A DNA stretch of 64,000 bases, from positions 558,001-622,000 of the forward strand of contig NC_135770.1 in assembly GCF_052425735.1 (NCBI RefSeq), read 5' to 3'. Source of the DNA: Oculina patagonica (Eukaryota). Shown one piece after another: positions 48,169 through 59,500 of this stretch. The notes under the pieces are model-generated. The model saw only the letters and a list, made by a program, of their open reading frames with translations. It did not search any database and was not told the DNA's origin. Made by a program: the position numbers and the translations under genes. Position 1 is the first letter of the stretch. Each line of letters begins with the position of its first letter.

Positions 48169-49492
48169 TATGCTGCCTTTGCAATGACATCTGCAAATGG
48201 TTAGAAATTCTAGTCTTCTCAGATAAGGACGATAAACCGTAGGCCCCATCTCCTGCATCTTCAGTGTTATGGTCAGCAGGGGACGTAAAAGAACCCACAC
48301 GCTTATCGTAAAGAGTAGGGCATGGAGTTCCCGGTGTTGTGGTCTGGTCTTTGCCCATTGTATTGTGCTTACTGTGAAATGCTCGGAGATATTAGCTGTA
48401 TAAGCTACTCTTCAAATCTGAGGGTAAACAAAGTGATGATGGTGATGATGATGATGACTTGAGGGTATAATGTATTTTGCAATGATATACAACAATTAAT
48501 TTATGCTTTAAGCTGTACACAGTCAAGTTATGGTGCATGTGGGAAGTTTTAAGAGCTTTGACATTCAAAATAATACAGAATAATTAATATACAACGGTTA
48601 ATAGAACAAAAGGTAGCAAAAACAATCTTAAATCCACATACAACTAGACTGTCTAAGATACAAGTGGTAGTTTACGTTTAAAAAGCGGTTATTTTGGATT
48701 TACATTGTATCGACTGAAAGGAAAAGTGAAAAAGAAGAACAAGGAAAATCAAGAAGATCGAAGCGTAAATAAAGAAATAAATGAAAAAAGTTAAATGAAA
48801 TTCTTCCACTTCCTATTAAATTCCTCTAGCTGTTTATTTTTAATGGCAATTTGCCTGAGGGTATCAATCCTGATACTTAAGAAAGGGGGAAAGCAGTCAA
48901 AATTTACAGAATCGTCTTGAAAGCAGCAAAATATAAAGTATTTACGGTTTGGGAGAGCATTGCACAACAAGATTTTGTAACCAGGAAGAAGTTTTATATT
49001 TGTAAGCTAGTTTAATCATTTCAACCATATAAACTGAACTATAGGTAAAGGTCTAAAAGTTAAAAAAAAAAAGCATAAGTTGCCTTCCAAAGCAGTGATT
49101 TTGACGTTGTTTTTATTGAAGGACGTTCAATGGGAGCACGAGTTGCGGCAGAAGTGGCGTCAAACAGCAGTCTTACAACAAAATTTGTATTTGGCGTAGC
49201 TTGTTTGTCGTACCCTTTACATCCACCACGAAAGACCTCAGAGCTGCGAATCTCATCACTTCTCCATCTTGGAGTGCCCGTATTGTTCATTAGTGGCAGA
49301 AAAGATCCATTTTGCCGAACAGATTTAATGGAGGCATCTCTAAATAGAATGGCAAATGATTGGACTATGCACTGGATAGAAGGCGCTGATCATGAACTTA
49401 AGATACACAGCAAAGTAAACAATGAAGTGATTTCTAAGATGTGTGAGTGCTTTGTACAGTGGTGTCAGTCAGTGTTTATGGCAGAGCGATAA
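46498..49492 (+). CDS. TEX30: Testis-expressed protein 30 (KANSL3/Tex30 alpha/beta hydrolase), 4 exons
   Basis: Exons 46498-46509, 46582-46818, 47845-47896, 49122-49492. Motifs VVLTHGAGGDMN, LCLRFTC, GRSMGAR (nucleophile elbow), CLSYPLHPP, ISGRKD, WIEGADH. Confidence 0.9.
48062..48457 (+). mobile_element. tRNA-derived SINE with Deu/Nin-like central domain, (GAT)n tail
   Basis: Box A TAGCTCAGTTGG, box B GGTTCGAGTCC; central GGACGTAAAAGAACCCAC...AAGAGTAGGG resembles the Deu domain; ends in GAT repeats. Confidence 0.8.
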
Positions 49493-52339
49493 GGAACTTG
49501 GTAATGTCATTAAGGGCTGTTATTTCATCAACGTTGATGTGGCTAAGACCAAGGTTGTTCTAACATTGATTTTTGTTGAACCACATTGTTCTGTGTCATG
49601 TACCATGGTTTTGAAAACAATGGTTTGTGTCCAGGACCAATATTGTGCCAATGTTGATCTTTGGCAAGGACCAAGGTTGAGCCAGTGTTGATCTGCAAGG
49701 AGGTTAATAGCCTAACACTGATCTGTGTCAAGGGCAAAATTGGAAATCTGGACAGCTTTCACAACATGTTTGAATGAGCAGAGTGTGATTTTTTTCATGG
49801 TGGCTGAAAAAGATATGATTTACATTATTAAAGATAATTTATTTTGTACAGTGATATGTTTTGAAACAGCTAAAAATTTAAATAAAGACTTCAAGATTTT
49901 TACATCAACTTGGTGATATTTTATTTCAGAAAACAATATCAATAATTTTAATACCTCAAGGATAGTCATATTCACGCGGAATGAAAAATCCTGTCTTTTA
50001 AGGTCGTTTTTAAAAGTACACAACCTTACAGTGAGACGAATGGCTTTAGCTGCTTTAGCCAGATAAATCGTTATTAACTTTACATGTAAACCTAGACTTG
50101 ACACAAGTCGACCTCACCAGAATTAAGCGAGCGAAGCGAGCTTTAGGCCGCGACGAAGGAATTTATTGAAAGTCTATTGTAAACCATACCAAACAGTATC
50201 AAGTGAAAATACTGGAAGCACCGTATGGGGTACGGCATTACAAACAGTACTGCTCATTCGCTTTCATTTGAATGGCTGCACACTAGGGTTTCATCCAGAG
50301 ACTGGCTACAGACTTGAATGAAAGCGGCACCTTGTAATAAACAGTACCAGATAAAAGTACTCCTTATTAGCTTTCACCTAAATGGTCACACACACTGATG
50401 TTTCAGGGTTCTATCACAGGAAGCCACAGATTTTGGGTTACAGCAGACCTTCCTAGGCCGAAATTGGTCCAAAGTATGTGATTACCATAACAACTTTAAA
50501 TTTCTTATGAAGAAAACTCTGGAAATCGAATAATATTGACGGGGAAGTGGGGAAGGTTTAAAGCACATCACTTTCCCAACTGTGTCAGGAAATCTCAAAA
50601 TTCCTAAAAACGTCATGTCCATGACAGCCCCTCAATTTCCTCTGCCAATTTGCAAAATACTGTACGCTGTTTTTGGCTAGCGCCTTTGGTGGCGACCATT
50701 TAAAAAGCATTAGATCCGATGAAAATGGCTTTTAGAACTTTAGAGACGAACGCGTAATTGTAAGACGCCGTTAGTATGGAGGGGTTAGAGGAAAAAAAAG
50801 ATATAAACTGGACGGGTTATGTTTATAATGGACTTACCCCAGGAAGTATCCACTATCTAAAAATGTTAGTAACGCGTAAATTGACTCCAGGGTTTGAGTC
50901 TGGGAGTACAAACATGATCGTATGGGGTTAATATTATTATTTTATGTTCATCAAATAACAACTACGATGAGGATATGATGTTTATTTTCATACAGCACAA
51001 GGAATAGGTTACTTACACACACTAACCCAACTGACATCTTTAAAATGACAACCGTAATATGCTTTAGAGTGGTTTTGTGCCACTGTGCTTGCTTTGGTTT
51101 AGTTTTACTACGCTTCGTATTAAATTGGTTTAAAATAAATCGCGCTATCTTTTCAACCAATCAGAAGAAAAACCAAAACTAGTCGCGTCCTGTCTTGTCG
51201 TAGTGTTGTTTGCGTTGCTTGCAGTTGCTTCAGATTGGGATTTCCGACACTTAAATGAAAACTGTTTTTACAACTACATACGATATTTTACGCTATAAAG
51301 GTTGTTTAGGGGCCGTTTTGAGCCCTTACCGTGCAAGTAAGCATACCTTATTATAGGAATTAACGTTTGTTTGTTAAGTGAACATATTTCGACACAACTT
51401 GAAATATCGCGAATGAAAGCGCAAAATTGATCGAAATATAAGCGAATTAACGTAAATGAGGAATGGCACAAAAAACCCCTTTTAGTGGACGTTTGCTTTG
51501 AAGAAAGTCAGATCACAAGGAAATTAACAAGGGGAAACTTGAAATCTATAGATAAGAATATGCCAATTATGGAACCTTTTGGTCAAACTGATCAAGAAAC
51601 ATGAGTCGCGGAAATTAAAATGGTTTCCGCGGAACATTCGAACAATAAAGGCAAAAATAAAGTTACCAAAAAGATCTCATTGCATAGTATACAAAATGTT
51701 ACTGTGCTATGAGTAGAACTTTGGCAATTAATTTTTGCACTCGTTGCTCGAATTTTCAGCGGAATCCGTCTTAAGGCTTTACTCAGAACTCAGAACGCAG
51801 AAATTAAACTGCAGTGAAATTTATACGCGAAGTTTTGAAATTGGCATGAATTTCATAAAACGTTAGCATCCTATAATACGGCATTCATCTACATCAGGAT
51901 TTATCTTTAATAGTAATTAAATTTATAGTACAGCAAACTTTCTTTGCCTTCCGGTTGTGTTTTACAGCAGAAAAGTTTAACAAAAAAAAAAAAAAAAAAA
52001 AAAATACCAGCAAGGCTCGACTCTTAATAATGATGTGCCTCCAGTCCTGCTGACCACTTAATACACTTAAAAAATATATTTTTTGCTATTAGAGATAATA
52101 TATTTCCACCAGTCAATTGCTGTCAATATAAAGATAATTTCTTCTACACAACGTATTTATAAAACACTCAGTTTTGTACTTGACTGACTTATAGAACGCC
52201 TACAGACATAATTGACCATACCATAAGTTTTTTAAAGGATTGAACAAATTGATGACGAAAAATGTACAAAAAAAACTACACACCAAGAACAATAGATAAT
52301 GAAACAATTTCTTAATGCCAAAAAATGGGGAGACAATTA

Positions 52340-52488
52340 TCTATTTTTCAATTGCCCATAATGCCCCCCAAATTTTGCATAAACTATTGTTTTGGAAATA
52401 TGCAATTCTCCCAAGAGAATTTGAAAACAATACTTTATGCAAAATTTGTGGGGCAAACAAAATGTATTATGGGCAATTGGAAAATAGA
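52340..52488. mobile_element. Short palindromic MITE
   Basis: TCTATTTTTCAATTGCCCATAAT / ATTATGGGCAATTGGAAAATAGA. Confidence 0.65.
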
Positions 52489-53170
52489 GAATAAACCCGG
52501 ATCCAATTAACACCCTTTTTATAGCCAATCATTTTACTAGTAAAAGAATTGACTAAACATTGCCACATACATGACGACGTTTTAAAAAACCTTAAACATG
52601 CCCCATTCGCGATAGTTTTATGATAACAGGGAAGGCGAAGGAGCTTTTGTTGTGTGAGGTCTGGACTTCCCAGTGAGAATAACACAGTGAATGAGAATCG
52701 GTTCAAAAGTGGGAATGGTAGAAAGGGGCTGAAAAGCTTGCACCTTTCTCGCTGCCAGATTAAGGCACGTCTACCCATGGGCCCAGCGTCACATACAGCG
52801 CAGCTTCCACAACACGAGGCAACTAAAAGTATTGCTACTCCCTCTGGGCGGGATGCTAGGTCATCACAGGTAACTCCCCCAGCATTTATGCAGGTTGCCC
52901 TAAAAGTTTTTTTAACATCCATTTATACACCTAGTTGGAGAGACTGGGATTGTGAAAGTGGAGCATCTTGCAAAAGGCATAACAACCTGGTCAGGGATTA
53001 AACTCACACCTCTTGATCTAGAATCCAACACAACCATCAGTCGAGTACATCTGCCACAGTGATGGCAATGATGTAACACCACATATCATGCTTGTTTGTT
53101 TGGTTTTTGAAAAAAAGAGGAAACCCCCTAAAATGCAACAACAACTCCTATATCAAAACTATGTTATTTT

Positions 53171-53518
53171 TCATGAGTTCGGAATAGGAAAGTCCTGCTT
53201 CAATTTTGCCAAGTCAGTGGTTTCAAGTAGATGGAAGCTAGGTCGCTTTGTGGCGTCTTTCAACCAGCAACTATACATGACGTCATACACCTTCTGTGGA
53301 CATGTCTCTGGGCAGGAGAGTCGATTTCCTTTCTCAAGAAATTCAGGAAGCTGTAAAAAACAAAAAATTCAATAACTAAATAGTCACATACTAAGGTTTT
53401 GTGCACATTAAACATTACTACGTAAAATTCTACTCTGTAGCATTCTTTAAATGGTCAGACACTAGGGTTAATGCGCAGCCTCATAAGCTAAAGCCAATAG
53501 GCCTTATTCGTATTCTCG

Positions 53519-53551
<33 letters not shown>

Positions 53552-56500
53552 AATGCGGGTAATCTTTTCAAATGCAAATGACATGAAGCTGTTTTTAATG
53601 ATATTCCCCCGCATAAGCCTCCCTTGCAAGCTAGTTCCAGTCCAATACCGAGAATACGAATAAGACCTATTCACAACTTCCCCTCACCTCTTGAGATTCC
53701 ATATTACCATATGGACTGCCTCCATAAGTAAATATCTCCCACATTGTTACCCCAAAGCTCCAGACATCACTTTTGGTGGTGAAGCGTTGCTTAAGTAAGC
53801 TCTCCAAGGCATACCTGCACAAAACATAATATTATGCAAATTATTAACAATGCTGAACGTTTGACGTGAGACATGTAACGTGGAACTTTGTGGTTTATGC
53901 GCACAACAGTTCCATAGGTTTAGGTGTTGCTCGTCTTTTAAGCCTGAAAGGTCAATTTTCTAATGTTTTCTATAAAAGTTCTCTCTTTCACACGTGTTAT
54001 TACACGCATGTCATTATTTTACACATTTTGTGTGACCCACTTTGCGCCCCTACGCAAAATGGCCGCCGTTAACGTTTGTTACCCCGCAAAAGATCAAGTT
54101 AAAATGCATTAAGGCTATATTCCCATCCGATGGGAAATTGCAGGAACATGCATGGGAACAAGGCTAGGCAGACCAGGGCAGCTTTTTCCAGAGAAATCTC
54201 TTAAATTTAACGAGTCGCAAATATGCAGACTTAAGAGCAAAAGCGTCGAAACTTCTAAAAAATTTCACATTTTTTAGTTATTTTCAAGTGTTTCATTGGC
54301 GTTTTTGACCTGATAACAGAAAACAAGGTCAAAGAAGGTCTCATGTATAAAATACATTTCTCTATAGATTTATATACAAACATCCATCCTCATTACGCCA
54401 TAGGACGCATAAGGCCTCAAGAAAAGAGGAGAAAAAACAAAGCTGGGATAAATACCATTTCACTGGTACTTTACTGGATTCTTGTATTTTGTAGTAATCC
54501 TGTAATCGAGACAAACCAAAATCGCTGATCTTCACAAGATCCTCCCTCATCACCAAGATGTTCCTTGCAGCAAGGTCTTTATGTAATAATGATTGATTTT
54601 CCTTGAAGAAGAAAATGTTTAGTTTTAAGCAAAGAAAAATAATTACTCCTTTAGTTTATCTAACAGTTTCAAAAGATTTCCTATTCTCAGTAAATGTATC
54701 ATAGACATATAAAAGCTTTGAAAAAGGCGTTCCGAATTTAACTTGTATTAAAAGTCTGAGCTGGAAAGCAAGGCTTTATTAAGACATACCAAGTATCGCA
54801 TTCCCTTGCAAATTTGCATGCAGAAATCAAGAAGTTGTGGTGCTCGAAGAATGTCCTGAAAAAAAATTCGGAGAAAAAATTATCATAACGCATTTATTGC
54901 CTTAAAGTATGCACTTATGAATTTAATAAGTGTCAAAAATTTTAAAACGCATTGTACCATTTCTTAAACGAGTAAGTGGAATTGTTTGCATTATTAGTAG
55001 TAAGAAGGGGTGACTCAGGCCCGGTTCCAACGTCGAACTTTTTATGACCCGAACTTAATACCTATTTGGGTCAACCCAAATAATGAAGTTACGCCGGTTA
55101 ATTCAAACGTCGAACGATTCATGTGCTGAACTCATTCTGTGAACAGAGGAAAACAATGACTTCTCCAGTTGCACACTTAATGCAACGAATAAGAACACTG
55201 TTTAATGGAAGAGCAAATCGCTTTGTGGTTTGAAATGAAACGCAAACAGCAGTTTTTGAAGTACAGTCGCCAGGTTTCAGTTAAATTTCTTCAGTATCGA
55301 TCAATTCGGTAAATTTAACTGCTACCTTTAGCTTTTAGTCTTGTTTTTGTTTCTCTTATTTAGAAGATATATTTAAAAGCAAAAGTCGAAACAGGATGCG
55401 AATGCAATCCGATAATATAGAGTTTGGACGTTGGAAAGCGCGCAATCTTGATTATTCAGCGATCCAGAGTGTTCGTCGCGCCAAATGTTATGCATGACCG
55501 CTTTCATGACAGCTCACTCGCCGCCAATCACAAACCTTCTTATATTTACAAATGCATTAGCGTAATATGTATGCATTAGGTTCGGTTCATGAAAAGTTCG
55601 ACGTTCGAATCGGAGTCGCTCCGCAGTCGCTCCACAGTCGATCTGACCGACTTGCCATGTCAAACTTAATTCTTTGGTCGACCCAAATAACATCTGTCGA
55701 ACTTAAGTGATTCAAACGTCGGTCTCTTCATGTACTTAATTGCGGCTATTAGGTTCGGTACATGAGAAGTTCGACGTTTGAACCGGGCCTTAGAGAGTTC
55801 ATTAGACTAGGCTGTTGATACCCTCGAGTAACGCAATAACAACAGCAATCATTTTCGCATAAAAACTAGATAATGTTTTCACAAAAAGTCAATTTAATCC
55901 ACACAAAAGTGGACAGCCCGATGCCCACTATACTACTTAGTTTTAATGTTAAAGAATTGAACCCACCTTGTTCTTAGGCAAATAAGTGCGCAGAGATCCC
56001 AACGGGGCAAGCTCTGTTACCAACATAAGTTTTCCACTTAGTGGATCTAAAATATGGCAAAATCTTATCAATCAATTATTTTTCTTGACACAAGACACCA
56101 CAGGTTGTCCAAGGTCAGACATACAACGACAACAACAAAAACAATTTTATTTTGCCACGCAAAAAATAGAATATTTACAGCTGAGCATAAAATAAATCAT
56201 GTCTGCAAGTCTCAAGTATGCTGGTTAAATACTTTGATTGTTAGTCAAAGAGTTGCACCTTAGTTAATTTCCCTTGGAATCCAAAGCCAAGATAGCAACT
56301 AGAATAATTTAATTCCGCGTTTTTCCAAGCACTTAATCATTATTCAAATTCGGAGGTTGGGCTGGCTCTGTGCAGGGAGAGGATGATTGCTGGGAAGCTC
56401 TGTTTATAAAATGTTGGTGATACAAAGCAGACTCTGATTGGCTGTGCAGTCGTTTTGCATGAGGCTCTGTAAACACGGTTATGAGGTATGGCTGTATTCT

Positions 56501-59500
56501 GTTGAAACATAAACTTAGTGGCGATTCACATTTAAAAAAATTTGTTTGTCCAGAGTTACTTTACAAAATAACTTTGGCATACCTTTGGACACCCCACGCA
56601 GTTTGATAATGTACATACATCGCTGTTTTGATTCCAGTTCAATCATGTTTTGAACTTCTTTGTTAAAGTCACTTGAATCCTTATCTGTTGCCGTCTTTTT
56701 CAACAATTTCACAGCCACTTCCTCTTTCTAGGGAAAATTATTTTTTAAATCAATCTTCTAATGCATGACATGTTCAAGTTGACGTCTGTATTGTGATAAT
56801 GATGGTTATTGCAGTTATTTAGTTATTAAGCATCTTGCATTTACAGACTTGCCAGTTGTGTTGTGATCACCAGTGCAGCAAGACAAACGATTCAAACGAC
56901 GGAAGCAATACTTATACCTAAACCAAATCGCAATTATGTACTGACCAAGAACAGTCACTGCTACATCAGCACGTAATACCCCATTGATGTTATTACCTTT
57001 GGATTCGACCAACACTCTGTAGAAACAATAGTTGCTTTCCTTACTTCACCAAAATTTCCCTGTAGACAATAACAAACAGCCAATGAGACATTCAAAATGT
57101 GTTACTCACCAAGCCCCCAGTTTGATTATTTGTAAAGGTCGGTACACACTAGGCGTCTTGTCCCTCCACCAAATCGTGAGGACAAGTGCCTTCTTGTGAA
57201 CTACCCAATTTTGTTAAGAAACCTTGGGGAGGGGACAGAATATTTGTCCCCGTGAATTGCAGGACAAATTGGAACAGGATTTTTAAAATTAAGCAACGAG
57301 TTACTGTAAAATTTCTTCTCAAAATAAGGACAGCACACACAAGGTGACTCCTTTTTGCGACTTTTCGAGTAAACATGGGGACTTGTTGCAGGGACTAGTG
57401 GCAGGGACAAGACGCCTCGTTTGCGCGACCTTAAAGGGACATATTCAGCATTGTCACGATATTTTAAGTCATTTTTCTGATTACTTCCAAATTGAAGAAA
57501 ACCTCAAAATAATATTGTGTAATGTAGGAAAACAACAAAGGAGTAATCAAAACCCGAAAATAACCAAGGATGGTTTCGTATGACGAAGATTAAGACGGAT
57601 TACGACAGACAAACTTGAAAAAACTTGCCAGTTTTTTCAAAATGAGTTGTCCGTGACTGAGCTCCTTTAATGACGTGTGTAAAAAAATGACTTACCTGGC
57701 CAAGAAATCCTTGTAGTTCCAACTGCTCAAAAGGAATTTGTAGCTTAAGAGGAATGTCGCTCATGTCCAACGTTTTGGGGTTGTTTCCCGAGGAAGAGCA
57801 GGAATCTGGTGTAAAGGTGACGACAACATTTTGAGTTAATTTACTTGAAAATGGCATGGTCATATTTGCAGAATGTTTTCAACAAGCTCAACCCCACTAG
57901 TTAACGATGATAGCTATCATGATGGAAAGAATAGAAGTGGATTGCATGATGAAAAAATAATTTAAAGTTTGACATGAAATTACATCAAAAAATTAATTCT
58001 AATTATTTATTTTGAAATCATATCAGAAACAACTGAAGGAATCGTACATGCACACTGCGGGATTGTTGAAATGTGTCAGAAATTTACGAAAATCCATTGC
58101 AACTAACAGTAATATCTCATGTGCTTACTGGTATAAATGATCGAAAAAGTTGGGAAAAAGTTACAGGTCAGGTCATACCAATTGTTGATGTCCTTTGGTG
58201 ATGATATCCCTTGTTTTTGTCGGAAGTGGGCCAGATTCCATCTGACGATGAAGAGCGGCTAAGAGAAGCGACGGGCTCTTGTTCTTCTTCTTCAGGATGT
58301 TTATCATTTGCTTGCTCAGGAAATGATTCTCTTCCGATGTGATCATCTTCCTTTCTCACAAGCTGTGCTTCTTTGTCAATGTAATTACTATCTGAGGTCC
58401 CAGCTGTAGACTCATTTATCTCTGTAGAATAACATTTGACAAAACCCTTTTTAGAAGAACATATCAAGCGAAAATGCAACATGCAACATGGCCTGAATGC
58501 CAAAAAGATGGACATAAAATTAAATTCCCAACTGATAGCTTTGGTGTTGCAAATTAACAAAAGTAAGAAAACGTTAACCAATCAGCGACCAAACCCAGTT
58601 TGAAAATCAGACTGCGAATTAGATTAATAATCTTATCTTTGATCTCAAGTTTTTGTACTAAACCCCCAAATAACTCAACTTTTGTTTTACGCAAGTGCAA
58701 CATTTGATTCAGAAGTCGGTCATCGATCTTAGTGAGCCCTGAACAATGGGGTGCGTCAAGGTTTAAAATTGATGACAGTTTGTACACCTGCCCATGTCAC
58801 CTGCCGGTCACAGCCGAAAATGATCCAGCTACAGGAATGAACGTTTATTCGTTTGTATCACGATAGAATCAGCGGAATTGAAATCCTGAAACATGGATAC
58901 CTACGATCAGAAAACACAACAGCCGTTCAACTACAAAGGGGACTTCTGAGGGAACATCATCTGTTAGTCGGAATAATAATGAGGATCGAAATTCACCAAT
59001 AGCAGCGAACAAACGTGCATAAATAGCGACGCGTAAACAACCGAACTCATCGCCTGATGAAGACTAGCAGTATTGCAGTCGAAACGTCGCCATCAACATC
59101 TCAAAGCGATTCTATCGTGAGACAAACGAATAAACGTTCGTTCCTATCTTACACACGATAAACAATATTCACATCTTTTATGACATTGATCCAGCTACAT
59201 TTGGGAAGACATGAGGAATCAGGAATAACGTATCACCTTAATTTACCTTTAAGGTCTCCCATTTCCTTGTAACCTGGGTCTTCCCAAATGTTTCCTTGAC
59301 TACCACATTCAGCCTCCTGGTCGCCGTTAAGAGAGCAACCATCTTCACTCTGCTCGTCACTCAGTTGGTTTGAACACTGGGAACTAATTTCTTGGCTTAA
59401 AAAGTGATCGTCGTTGAAAACAGGAAACTCGGTTAATTTTAGATTTTCCTTTGTGAGATTATTCAAGGAAAATTCCTTCATTTCGAGATTCTCTTGTCCT

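Noticed and set aside
57045-57059. 15-nt microexon GNFGE in the kinase
   Set aside because: The apparent donor GTAAGG encodes the conserved V-R after the Gly loop; the exon continues in frame to 56997.
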